DNA of 64,000 nt from a virus. The translations under genes were made by a program, and so were the position numbers. The stretch lies in IMG/VR virus record IMGVR_UViG_3300025127_000022, positions 1 through 64,000 of that record; one strand, written 5' to 3'. Below are positions 28,350 to 37,812 of the stretch, piece by piece. The notes beneath the pieces are model-generated. The model ran no database searches. It worked only from the letters and a program-made list of their open reading frames with translations, and was not told where the DNA came from. Numbering within the stretch: the first letter of the stretch is position 1; each line of letters starts with the position of its first letter.

Positions 28350-29687
28350 TTAAGATATTGACTTACAAGGGTTAAACGCTTTTCCTAGAGGTCTTTCATT
28401 TCCAGAAACATCTCCACTAATTTTTCCGTAAGGTTCTTTCGGACCATAAATTATTTTTTCTAATTTTCCATTTCTATCTACAGTGTACGCACATATCATA
28501 GGTGCATCACCATGGTATCCTTTTGTTTGACCTTTATCACTTCTTGTTAAACTACCTTGTTTACCCTCTATACTTAATTGTAATAAACCTGTAGGTGATT
28601 TTTCTATCATTTGTTTTAATAATTTGTCGTTAACTGCAAATACATTAACAGCTGACTCTCCCTCACCACCTCTTCCTGGTTCTGTTGGGGGTGGTTTACT
28701 AGGGGAAATTCTTTTGATTAAATTAGGATTATCTGATTTAGAAATACCCAGTCTAGTTCCACTCTTTTTCTTAAAGTACCCCTGACCGTTATTCATATTA
28801 GCAATACCGACTTCCACCCCATTACATTTAATATTAAAGGTAGCAAAATCACAACCATGTTCTCTACTACTTGCTGGTACAGTAATCCCATCAATAGTCT
28901 CACCACCACCACCTTTTTTAAAATAACCTACAATTATTCTTAGTCCACTAGCACATTTAAATAATTTTTCTTTTTGACCCGCACTAATTGAAAACCCGGC
29001 AAAAAAAGTAATGTCAACATATTGTCCAGGGTTGGGATACTTTGAAACATCTCTTTTTTCATCAATACAACCTCCAGTATCAGTAATTTTTGCGGTTATG
29101 TTTTGAGGAGTAATTTCATTCTTTACTGCAAATCCTATATCTTTACCTTTCTTTTTAATTGTACTAATTAATTTTTTCCATCTGTTTTCTGCATAACCCA
29201 GATTTTGGTCCCATCTTGTATTACCCGCTTTAGGTAAAGTTTCAAATGGGGGTTGGGAAAGCTCTACATCTGTATATTCCTTTCCTACATTATTATAAGT
29301 GGGTTGTAAAGCATATTCATTGTAGTTACTAGCGGACCCCACAACTCGTTGAACAGTGAGTACATCTATACTATGAGTATCTAAAAAATTTTTATTTTTA
29401 GGGAGTTGTTCTATCAATTTTTGTTTTACCATTAACAATGCTTTTTCATAAACTTTTTCACTAGATATGGTAGCTCCAAAGTAAGCTGTAAATCTAATTT
29501 TACACCTTTCTGGCTTACCATCATCACCTTTACTAACGGCTACGGTACGGAGCTTAGGGTCTGGAATATTATTACTTCCACTACAATTACCATATTTTTC
29601 TTCTTGCTCAGTAATGGTTTCACCTATATTATAATCTATAAGTGATTTCATTTTTCTGATTTCGTTCTCTACTAAATGTCTTTTCAT
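28350..29687 (-). CDS. Leader-bearing protein, possible OmpA-like domain
   Basis: MKRHLVENEIRKMKSLIDYNIGETITEQ; VVGSASN...NLGYAENR. Confidence 0.65.
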   Translation of the reverse strand: MKRHLVENEIRKMKSLIDYNIGETITEQEEKYGNCSGSNNIPDPKLRTVAVSKGDDGKPERCKIRFTAYFGATISSEKVYEKALLMVKQKLIEQLPKNKNFLDTHSIDVLTVQRVVGSASNYNEYALQPTYNNVGKEYTDVELSQPPFETLPKAGNTRWDQNLGYAENRWKKLISTIKKKGKDIGFAVKNEITPQNITAKITDTGGCIDEKRDVSKYPNPGQYVDITFFAGFSISAGQKEKLFKCASGLRIIVGYFKKGGGGETIDGITVPASSREHGCDFATFNIKCNGVEVGIANMNNGQGYFKKKSGTRLGISKSDNPNLIKRISPSKPPPTEPGRGGEGESAVNVFAVNDKLLKQMIEKSPTGLLQLSIEGKQGSLTRSDKGQTKGYHGDAPMICAYTVDRNGKLEKIIYGPKEPYGKISGDVSGNERPLGKAFNPCKSIS

Positions 29688-29689
29688 AA

Positions 29690-30295
29690 TTAATCAAATA
29701 ATCCCATAGCCTTATAAACTTCGTATGCTGAAACTGGACTATTACCACCTACTGACCAGTAATCTATATCTTGTGGGTGAACACCATATTGTTTGTAGTC
29801 ATATATAGAAGCTCTAACACCATTGTCAAATTCAATGTCCCATTCCACCTGTGTTTTACCATCTGGGGAAGACTGGTCCCAGGTTGGTGGTCCGAATACT
29901 CTGACAATATCATCCATGTAAATACCTTCCAGTTCACCTTGTCTACTACCACCCACAAAAGGTAACCCTCTTTGGGGAGTACCAACTATAAAACCTCTAG
30001 GTTGTAATTCAAATTCCAAGTCTTCTAAATCCCAATCTGAAGACATAGGGTCGTAAGATTCAATAAATAACGAAAATAACATATCTATTACCTTACGGTC
30101 ATTACTAAAACCAAATAACTTAGCCTCATCCTCTATTAACTTATGTAGTGAAGAACTAAATCTATAAGTGTGTGCTTGACCTGGATGGGTTAACCTACCA
30201 TCTTCATGTATGGAATCTAGGTCTTCCGCCATTTCTATATTCATTTTAGGTCTAATGTGCCTAAATAATTGTTGTATAGTTTTAATATTGTTCAT
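29690..30295 (-). CDS. Hypothetical protein
   Basis: C-terminal QGEL...FGPP...DGKTQVEWDIEF...ASIYDYK domain; TATTTAT on minus 30302-30308. Confidence 0.7.
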   Translation of the reverse strand: MNNIKTIQQLFRHIRPKMNIEMAEDLDSIHEDGRLTHPGQAHTYRFSSSLHKLIEDEAKLFGFSNDRKVIDMLFSLFIESYDPMSSDWDLEDLEFELQPRGFIVGTPQRGLPFVGGSRQGELEGIYMDDIVRVFGPPTWDQSSPDGKTQVEWDIEFDNGVRASIYDYKQYGVHPQDIDYWSVGGNSPVSAYEVYKAMGLFD

Positions 30296-30380
30296 TTAAA
30301 TATAAATACCCTAACTCTTTATTAAAATTTTTCCTTTGTGAGGTATATTTATAGTAAAATAAAATCATTAACCAAATATA

Positions 30381-32021
30381 ATGAAAAAAATGAAAAAGAA
30401 TTTAATTAACGAAGACATCAGAAAAATGATGGGTCTTATCGATTATGATAGGGGTAAAACTTTAACAGAAAATAAAGAATCTAATAAATCACAATTATTA
30501 AATGAAATTTTTCCCGCATTAGTAGCCTACGGTGCTGTAGCTGCAGGTCTATATAAAGCATGGGAATGGGGAGTAGACGCTTGGGGTTCTAAAAGTATAG
30601 ATGCAAGAATAACTGACGCTTTAGACCAGACAACTTGGCCAAAAATCGAGAAGGCTATTAGAGAGACTGAGAAAGCAACGGGAGAAGATATTGAAGGAAA
30701 GTTTGATGTGGCAAGTGCATCAGAAGCTAAAAGAATGGCTAACGATTTAAATGCAGCATTTGATTATACATTCGGAACAGATGAGGACAAAATAGGTGAT
30801 ACATTTGCTGATATGGGTTCATTTATGGATTTAGCACGTGTTTCTTATGAATATGGTGACCGTCCTGACGGTGATTTAGCTTATGAATTAGACGACGAAT
30901 TGAGTCAATCTGATTTTAAAACTTACGTAAGTAATAATATGAAAAGTAAACCTTTAGCTGTTTTTAATGGTAAATCTTACGATAGTCTAGAGAAATTATT
31001 AGCTGCTATAGCAGAAATGGCTAAACCAGCTGAGGAAGAAAAAACACCTAAATCAATCATTAAAGAAAAATTTGAAAATTTCCCATGTGTTCAGGTAGAA
31101 ATTGAAAACGCAAAAGAAATTAAATACCCTTATAAAGGAAAAGAGGACCGAGTATATATTATCGCAGAAAATGGCGACCTAATGTTAGTAACAGTAGATG
31201 GAAGGTATAAAGCTAAAGTGGGTGGAGAAGTATCTTCAGGTAATATTGAATGTCCAGATGATTTTAGTATTGAAGATGAAGGAGAATTAACATTATCAGA
31301 AGGTAGATATATTTTTGAACAAAACTTTGGTGGTATTAAATTAAATCCTAAAGGTAAACCTGCTGATGATGCCTCTGGTGAAGAAGAAGGTGGTGGAAGT
31401 TCATCTGGTGGAGGAAGTTCATCTGGTGGGGGAAGTAGATATACTAGAACCGATTTAGATTATATGGATGTTGTATCTTGTAATGGTGAAGTAAAAAAAG
31501 GTGATAGAGGACAAGTAGTGAAAGACATTCAATCAAAATTAAATGAATCTCCTAAAGTAAATCCTAAATTAAAAGTAGATGGTATATTCGGTTCAAAAAC
31601 TGAAGCAGCCATTAAACAAGCGGGGGGGACAAATGTATTTAACTGTGAACTTGCTAAAGCATTAGACGCTGAATCTAATAAACCTGAAGATAATGTAGCG
31701 GGTAAAGAAGAAAAAGATGGTGGTGAAAAAATAAGCCAAGCAGAAGCTAACGAACTAGATAAAGTTACAATAGAAAAAGAAGGTACTGATAAAGTGACCA
31801 TTAAAGACCAGATAGCTGATTTAAATCAAGCGATTAGTCAACAACCTACTAAAGATGATTGTAAAGATTTAATTGCAAGTGCAGCCGCAGGAATAAAGAT
31901 GGGTGTTCGAGTGAATGACCTTGGTTCATTAAAACAATGTTTTAATTCATATAATTTTTTCCCTTCTATTTCAGCGGGGAAAGTTAAAAAAACTTACGGA
32001 ATAAAAGGAAAAGGTAATTAA
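30381..32021 (+). CDS. Leader-bearing annexin-repeat and peptidoglycan-binding-domain protein
   Basis: ANDLNAAFDYTFGTDEDKI...Y...L..EL.DELS; KGDRGQVVKDIQSKLN...LKVDGIFGSKTEAA; TATTTAT 30346-30352. Confidence 0.75.
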   Translation: MKKMKKNLINEDIRKMMGLIDYDRGKTLTENKESNKSQLLNEIFPALVAYGAVAAGLYKAWEWGVDAWGSKSIDARITDALDQTTWPKIEKAIRETEKATGEDIEGKFDVASASEAKRMANDLNAAFDYTFGTDEDKIGDTFADMGSFMDLARVSYEYGDRPDGDLAYELDDELSQSDFKTYVSNNMKSKPLAVFNGKSYDSLEKLLAAIAEMAKPAEEEKTPKSIIKEKFENFPCVQVEIENAKEIKYPYKGKEDRVYIIAENGDLMLVTVDGRYKAKVGGEVSSGNIECPDDFSIEDEGELTLSEGRYIFEQNFGGIKLNPKGKPADDASGEEEGGGSSSGGGSSSGGGSRYTRTDLDYMDVVSCNGEVKKGDRGQVVKDIQSKLNESPKVNPKLKVDGIFGSKTEAAIKQAGGTNVFNCELAKALDAESNKPEDNVAGKEEKDGGEKISQAEANELDKVTIEKEGTDKVTIKDQIADLNQAISQQPTKDDCKDLIASAAAGIKMGVRVNDLGSLKQCFNSYNFFPSISAGKVKKTYGIKGKGN

Positions 32022-32022
32022 T

Positions 32023-32217
32023 ATGAATAAGTTAAAAGAAATATTCTCAAAGGTAACAAGTTGGGTGGACTCGAAAGGGTTCTCCGCTTTAGCATCTCTA
32101 GGAATTGGTATTGGTTTATGGATATTTGGATACAAAATTTATGCTGGAATTGCATTTGGTGTATTCTTAACCAGGAACTGGGACATTCTCCGAGGATGGT
32201 TAAAAAAAATAAATTAA
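32023..32217 (+). CDS. Small membrane protein
   Basis: Central hydrophobic hairpin with basic termini. Confidence 0.65.
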   Translation: MNKLKEIFSKVTSWVDSKGFSALASLGIGIGLWIFGYKIYAGIAFGVFLTRNWDILRGWLKKIN

Positions 32218-32220
32218 AGA

Positions 32221-32243
32221 AAAAGGACTTCGGTCCTTTTTTT
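32221..32243 (+). terminator. Intrinsic terminator
   Basis: AAAAGGAC-TTCG-GTCC-T-tract. Confidence 0.85.
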
Positions 32244-32271
32244 TATGCTCTAACGTAATATATTTATAGAT

Positions 32272-33276
32272 ATGTTAGAACTTCTTGAGTCAAAAAATAA
32301 AACACATATATTATCTAAAAAACTACCTCTAGAGTTAGATAATCGACTTTATAGTATGATTCACCTAATAGGTGGAATGGACTTTAGAGACGTGATAAGA
32401 TTTGCAAATAATGCAAGTTTTGACCAGGTAACAGAACTACAACAGAAGGTAGAACAATTCCCATCAACCATAGAAGAAATAATGCCTTATGTAGGTGGTT
32501 TTCAGTACCTAAAGGACTCAAAAGAATACAATGAAATTTTAGATTTAATCTTTAGTCCTAACCCAGAAAACTTATATGAAGATGTGGAAGTAGGACCTGA
32601 CGGCCTATACAATACAGACACTAACCCCTATTTTACCAGATACATCACACCAGAATTAAAAAAGATATTATTTAAAATGTGGGACAAAAAAGGGAGACCT
32701 AGTTACACAGATTTAAAATTATTGGGTGTTGATTCTGAAGAGTTATTCAAAGACGAACCGTTTGCGAATGTTCCCGATATTATAATGCCTGTCTTAATGA
32801 TAGAATGGGTAGGGGGTATTCAAAATACAGAATTTGCTAAAGATAAGAGTTTTATTACATGGGAAGGTAATACACAAGGAAGAGGAGATGGATTAATAAG
32901 ATTTAGATTAGAACCTACAGGTTTTGATTATTCATTTGATGAACAAGAAAATTTTGGTGACGCGGGTTATTCATGTTGGTTTCTGAAAATATACATAGAT
33001 AAAAATTCTATAGTTCCACGTAGTTACATCACCAGTAATGACAAGTTAGAATGGGAAGGGAGCAAGTGGAAAAGTGGTAAAGGTTATGGGGTGACGGAAG
33101 ACGGATTTATAAAAATAACTAACTTATTCCCACCAGAGTATCTTAATAAAGAAATGTCATATAGAGACTACACCAACCCACAAATGGACCTCATCGAAGG
33201 AATGTGGGAAAGTTACACAGAGTTAGCTTGTGAGTACTTCTGTAGTTTTTGTAGAGTGGAAGTAGTCTTAGTTTAA
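32272..33276 (+). CDS. Hypothetical protein
   Basis: 334-aa ORF; TATTTAT 32261-32267; starts MLELLE. Confidence 0.72.
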   Translation: MLELLESKNKTHILSKKLPLELDNRLYSMIHLIGGMDFRDVIRFANNASFDQVTELQQKVEQFPSTIEEIMPYVGGFQYLKDSKEYNEILDLIFSPNPENLYEDVEVGPDGLYNTDTNPYFTRYITPELKKILFKMWDKKGRPSYTDLKLLGVDSEELFKDEPFANVPDIIMPVLMIEWVGGIQNTEFAKDKSFITWEGNTQGRGDGLIRFRLEPTGFDYSFDEQENFGDAGYSCWFLKIYIDKNSIVPRSYITSNDKLEWEGSKWKSGKGYGVTEDGFIKITNLFPPEYLNKEMSYRDYTNPQMDLIEGMWESYTELACEYFCSFCRVEVVLV

Positions 33277-33679
33277 AGACTTACTTTATCCTCACTGTAT
33301 TTTTTACCCTCCTTTATAGATTCTAAATAAGCTCTAACTTTAGTACCAAGAGTAAAATTATTAGGGTTTTCTTTTCTTAAATTTTGTAGTTTTTCCAAGA
33401 TTTCTATGTAATCATGGATTGTCATTATTTTTTCTTCCATTTTAAATTGTTTGAGTGAACCCACTTAAATCCAATGATAGTTGGTTAGGGTTATTGTTTT
33501 TAATTTTTCTTATATACGTATTTCGTTCTTTTCTTTTTTTAATAGTTCTGGTATGAGCCTTTACAAAAGTACCGTCTTTTCTTCTATATTCTTTTATATG
33601 AACTTCAATATACGTTTCCATAACCATAATTTTAAACAATTTTTTATACTTTGTCACTATTTATTATAAAAAAAGTATT

Positions 33680-34027
33680 ATGAATTTAAATCATCCACGT
33701 TGGGAAGGACATCAGTTTAATTATAGAAGGTCAAATCCTGTTCACTATAATAACTCAGCTGGTGAAACTTCTAGAATTAGAAACTTGCACTCCACTAACA
33801 CTGAATCAAGTAAGAATCAATTAAATGAATGGGCTAGTTTAAGTTCAGATAAGGGACAACTTAACATGGAACCAGAAAACCACGCCTTATCTGATGATAG
33901 ACATGGTTTGGTGGTTAACCATTTAAATGAAGTTAGTCGATATGTTGACCAAGAGTCACTACATGAATTTGTAGAAGAGGTTAATAAAGTCGAGGAAAGA
34001 TTAGGGTACGTTAAGAAAAATCGTTAA
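33680..34027 (+). CDS. Hypothetical protein
   Basis: TATTTAT 33658-33664; internal QLNE and HLNE. Confidence 0.65.
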   Translation: MNLNHPRWEGHQFNYRRSNPVHYNNSAGETSRIRNLHSTNTESSKNQLNEWASLSSDKGQLNMEPENHALSDDRHGLVVNHLNEVSRYVDQESLHEFVEEVNKVEERLGYVKKNR

Positions 34028-34491
34028 GCGTTACCCCAAGTAATTTTTTTAATATCAATCCTTCTTCCTCCCCATGCTCTTATATCTTCACAAATACCAA
34101 ATAATTTAAGATAATTAGCAATTTTTTTCTGGGAAATACTACGAATATGCTCTCTAATTCGTTTGTGGTGTTCGTGACCCCAAGCTCTATCATAACGGTA
34201 ATAGTCATTTCTTCCCACTTTAGCTACTTCTTCGATAGGTTTTAAGTTATTACCATCATCATTCCAAGAACCTCTAGTGGTTGCAGTTCCAGATACAACT
34301 ATATTAACATATAACTTACTCCAAGAAGTAGGATTAAGTGGCGTTTCGTCTTCATACCAGCGTTCTTCTGTAGTTCCGATGGTCTGAATTCGAACAGTAA
34401 TGTCCACACCAGTATCACGGTCTTCTAAACTGTTAAACTTAAATCTTTCTTTCTTAATAATCTGTTGTATTTTTTTCGGTAATCTTTTCAT
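34024..34491 (-). CDS. Hypothetical protein
   Basis: TTTG-N19-TATCTTTG on minus (34496-34526). Confidence 0.7.
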   Translation of the reverse strand: MKRLPKKIQQIIKKERFKFNSLEDRDTGVDITVRIQTIGTTEERWYEDETPLNPTSWSKLYVNIVVSGTATTRGSWNDDGNNLKPIEEVAKVGRNDYYRYDRAWGHEHHKRIREHIRSISQKKIANYLKLFGICEDIRAWGGRRIDIKKITWGNA

Positions 34492-34556
34492 ACTACAAAG
34501 ATAATAAAAAAATCCTAACCACCAAACTAAATGTGAAATAAAATATATTTATTGGT

Positions 34557-35966
34557 ATGAAAATTAAATTATCTGAAGAACAGTATAAAAAATTGATGAA
34601 CGAAATAGGTGGGTATGATGACCCAGCTACAGGTATGAGAGATGAACAAGCTATGATGGATAGAGTAATCGAAGCTTATAAAAATCTCACAAACGGAATG
34701 AATATACTTAGTGATTTAATTCCAGGTGTCATAGTACAAGACCGTCTGAGAAACCAACTGATGGAAATTAGAGAATCTTTAGTTAATCCGTTAAATGGAT
34801 TTAGTGCACTATTGAGGGATATCCATGGTCAACAAGATGAAGGACATATGGAAGATACAGATATCGAATTAGATGAAGGAAGAAAAAAGAAAAGAAAATC
34901 TAAAAAGAAAAAATCTAAAAAGAAAAAATCTAAAAAAGGTGATAGGTGTACTAGAATAGCTAAAAGAAAATATGATGTATGGCCTTCAGCTTATGCGTCA
35001 GGTGCGGTAGTTAGATGTAGGAGAGGAGAGATTTGGAAAGGACTTAACGAAGAAGATATTTCAAATGTTAATGAAGGTTGGTCTGACGAATATAAAAAAT
35101 CCATAGATTGTAATAACCCAAAAGGATTCTCACAAAAAGCTCACTGTGACGGTAAAAAAAAAGCGTCACTAGAAGAAGCTAAAAGAAAAAAAAGAAAATC
35201 AAAAAAAAGAAAGTTAACTTCTAAACCTAGTTCTGAAGGCAGTTTACGTGATTGGTTTAAAAGAAAAGGTGCTAAAGGTAGTACTGGAGGTTGGGTAGAT
35301 TGTAACGCACCCGATGGTGATGGTGGTTATAAATCCTGTGGTAGACAAAAAGGCGAAAAAAGAAGTAAGTATCCCGCTTGTAGACCAACACCGTCCGCGT
35401 GTAAAAGTAAGGGCAAAGGTAAAAAATGGGGAAAAAAAGCTTCACGTAACGAATCTTTAATGTACCACCTAAAAAATAATATTCCTTTAAATGAAAGTGT
35501 TTTTAGATATGGGAGTGACTCTCACTTTAACTTAATTAATGACGCTAGAAATTTATTTAAAGAAAATGAGTTACAATTAAATCCTGTAGAAAAAGATTTG
35601 GTGGAAAGTGATATGGGTAGATTTGGTTATTACCAAAATGAGTTAGTCCCGTTAGACTTACCAATGGAACTTAATGAAGCTGAATATAGAGGTAAAAAAG
35701 TTACATTAAACAAACCTAAAAGAGGTGGGTCTAAAGCGTATTACGTTTACGTTAAAAATCCAAAAACAGGGAATGTTAAAAAAGTGGCTTTTGGTTCTTC
35801 AGGTCTTAGAGCAAAAATTAATAATCGAGGTGCTGTTAAGAGTTTTGTAGCACGTCATAGATGTAAAGAAAAAAACGATAAAACTAAACCAGGTTATTGG
35901 TCCTGTAGATTACCTAGATATGCTAAATCTTTAGGATTATCTGGTGGAGGTGGACAATGGTGGTAA
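34557..35966 (+). CDS. Modular basic, Cys-containing protein (putative polyprotein)
   Basis: Leader MKIKLSEEQYKKLMNE; modules WPSAYASG, IDCNNPKGFSQKAHC, LRDWF..GWV.C, AEYRG.KV.LNKP..ARH.C..YWSC, separated by L/V-x-E. Confidence 0.78.
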   Translation: MKIKLSEEQYKKLMNEIGGYDDPATGMRDEQAMMDRVIEAYKNLTNGMNILSDLIPGVIVQDRLRNQLMEIRESLVNPLNGFSALLRDIHGQQDEGHMEDTDIELDEGRKKKRKSKKKKSKKKKSKKGDRCTRIAKRKYDVWPSAYASGAVVRCRRGEIWKGLNEEDISNVNEGWSDEYKKSIDCNNPKGFSQKAHCDGKKKASLEEAKRKKRKSKKRKLTSKPSSEGSLRDWFKRKGAKGSTGGWVDCNAPDGDGGYKSCGRQKGEKRSKYPACRPTPSACKSKGKGKKWGKKASRNESLMYHLKNNIPLNESVFRYGSDSHFNLINDARNLFKENELQLNPVEKDLVESDMGRFGYYQNELVPLDLPMELNEAEYRGKKVTLNKPKRGGSKAYYVYVKNPKTGNVKKVAFGSSGLRAKINNRGAVKSFVARHRCKEKNDKTKPGYWSCRLPRYAKSLGLSGGGGQWW

Positions 35967-35970
35967 TAAC

Positions 35971-36231
35971 ATGAATTTTCCATTTAAAGAACATACCCAA
36001 GATGGGTACCACATTAGAACTTTTTCACAAAAAGTAGATAGTGAAGAATTAATGTGGCATAGAGACAAAGAAGATAGAATAGTGGAATCTGTTGGTGACA
36101 CTAACTGGATGATTCAACTAGATGACAAATTACCACAACCACTAACAGAAAAAGTATTTATACCCAAAGAGGTGTATCACAGAGTAATAAAAGGAAATGG
36201 TGATTTAACAGTAAAAGTTAAAAAATTATGA
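35971..36231 (+). CDS. Small cupin-like protein
   Basis: ELMWHRDKEDR, W.IQLD, IPKEVYHRVIKG. Confidence 0.7.
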   Translation: MNFPFKEHTQDGYHIRTFSQKVDSEELMWHRDKEDRIVESVGDTNWMIQLDDKLPQPLTEKVFIPKEVYHRVIKGNGDLTVKVKKL

Positions 36232-36875
36232 AAATTAGAATAACAGAGTCACAATATAATTTAATTCTAGAAGGTAAAGAAGATAACTTTAAAAGAGTTA
36301 AACTTCCTTATGACTATTCTGATTTAGAAAAATTTGTCGGTAGAGAAACCATGTGGGAGCACTATAATCGTCATTATAAAGGTTACACCACCAAACTTAA
36401 TGAAGCGTTTTCCCATAGAAAAAATCCACCTAAAGATATTGTAGGTATTATTAAAAACATTGGTAGGTACGATAAATTTACCAGAGATAATGCGGGTGGT
36501 TATTATAATCATAGTTTATTCTGGAATTACTTAAGTCCTAAACCTACTAAACCCTCACCAGAATTAAGTAAAAAAATAAATGAGGATTTTGGGAGTATGT
36601 CTAAATTTAAAAAGAAATTTGACGAAGAGTCTGCTAAAGTTTTTGGTTCAGGTTGGTGCTGGTTAGTATTTAAAAGTGGTAAACTCAAAGTTATTACTAC
36701 ACCAAACCAAGATAACCCTCTTATGGATAATTTAGGTAAACCTCTTTTAGGGTTAGATGTGTGGGAACACGCTTACTATTTAAATTACATGGCAGACCGT
36801 AAAAAATACATTAAAAATTTCTGGAAAGTAGTTAACTGGGATACAGTTTCTAAAGAATTTAATTTGGTAGTTTAA
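36228..36875 (+). CDS. sod: Fe/Mn superoxide dismutase with N-terminal leader
   Basis: LPYDYSDLE, HYNRHYKGY, NAGGYYNHSLFW, FGSGWCWL, NQDNP, DVWEHAYY. Confidence 0.95.
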   Translation: MKIRITESQYNLILEGKEDNFKRVKLPYDYSDLEKFVGRETMWEHYNRHYKGYTTKLNEAFSHRKNPPKDIVGIIKNIGRYDKFTRDNAGGYYNHSLFWNYLSPKPTKPSPELSKKINEDFGSMSKFKKKFDEESAKVFGSGWCWLVFKSGKLKVITTPNQDNPLMDNLGKPLLGLDVWEHAYYLNYMADRKKYIKNFWKVVNWDTVSKEFNLVV

Positions 36876-36894
36876 AAAATTTTACTTATATTTG
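36863..36894 (+). promoter_or_regulatory. Bacteroidota housekeeping-sigma promoter
   Basis: TTTG-N20-TATATTTG. Confidence 0.65.
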
Positions 36895-36919
36895 TATTAT
36901 AATATTTAAACCGATACAA

Positions 36920-37201
36920 ATGACAGTAAAAGAATTAAAAGAAAAATGTAGAGAACAAGGTCTGAAAGTTTCAGGTACTAAACAACAACTACTTGACCGA
37001 TTAAATAATCCTGACAGTGAAGATGTCATGACTCTACCTAACTCTAATAAAGTAATCGTAGGATTTGCACTAAAAGACCCCAACAAAATTAAACTTAATC
37101 CCTTACTTCTTAAAGGATTCGCTCATTTCAAGTATTATTCTTGCGATAAATGGTATTATGAAGTTAATAAAGAAAAATGGGCTGAAGCGTTAAAATCTTA
37201 A
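36920..37201 (+). CDS. SAP-domain protein
   Basis: MTVKELKEKCREQGLKVSGTKQQLLDRL. Confidence 0.8.
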   Translation: MTVKELKEKCREQGLKVSGTKQQLLDRLNNPDSEDVMTLPNSNKVIVGFALKDPNKIKLNPLLLKGFAHFKYYSCDKWYYEVNKEKWAEALKS

Positions 37202-37293
37202 AAAAAAAAGATAAAAAAAGTGACTTATCGTAATTTTTGATATATTTATCTTTGTATTACCTTAACAGGTAAAACTTTTACTTTCCTCATCAT

Positions 37294-37322
37294 AAAAAAA
37301 AGGGACCCTCGGGTCCCTTTTT
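37294..37322. terminator. Bidirectional intrinsic terminator
   Basis: A-tract-GGGACC-CTCG-GGTCCC-T-tract. Confidence 0.85.
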
Positions 37323-37416
37323 GTTTTAGATACTTTCTCTCCTTTTTAAAATTTTTAGTAATGTTTATTTAACTAGTTACATCTATAAATATCATGTAAA
37401 AAGCGTAAAATAACCG

Positions 37417-37761
37417 TTACCTCCAAAAAATCTGTATCATTACTAACACTAAAGCAAGTGATAAAGAAACAAATGTTTTGGTGGTGATACCCTCACCCAT
37501 AAAAAACCAAGTACACGCAGCAAATATAAAAATTCCTAAACCAAAGCCTAAAAGTCTTTGAGCCCATAGAACATTATTAAATCCCTGATAACCAAGTTTA
37601 GTGGCTACTATAAAAAAATAACTAACTGGTGCACCCATTAAAGAAAGTACCAGTGGGTTTTTATCAAACCATTTCCAAATAAATTGGCCATTTAACTGAA
37701 ACCAAACACATATTTGCCCTACCATGAGGAGTAACATACAAAGTAATATATCTTTATTCAT
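37417..37761 (-). CDS. Four-TM membrane protein (DMT/SMR-like)
   Basis: Four hydrophobic helices; FMGEGIT.K pattern. Confidence 0.7.
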   Translation of the reverse strand: MNKDILLCMLLLMVGQICVWFQLNGQFIWKWFDKNPLVLSLMGAPVSYFFIVATKLGYQGFNNVLWAQRLLGFGLGIFIFAACTWFFMGEGITTKTFVSLSLALVLVMIQIFWR

Positions 37762-37812
37762 AATTAAAATATAGTATTTTTATTTAAACAAGTCCACGAT
37801 ATTTATTATTAT

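Noticed and set aside
32023-32217. Holin assignment for small TM proteins (also 10475..10678)
   Set aside because: Only hydrophobicity supports it; neither is adjacent to the M15 peptidase and no family motif was recognised.
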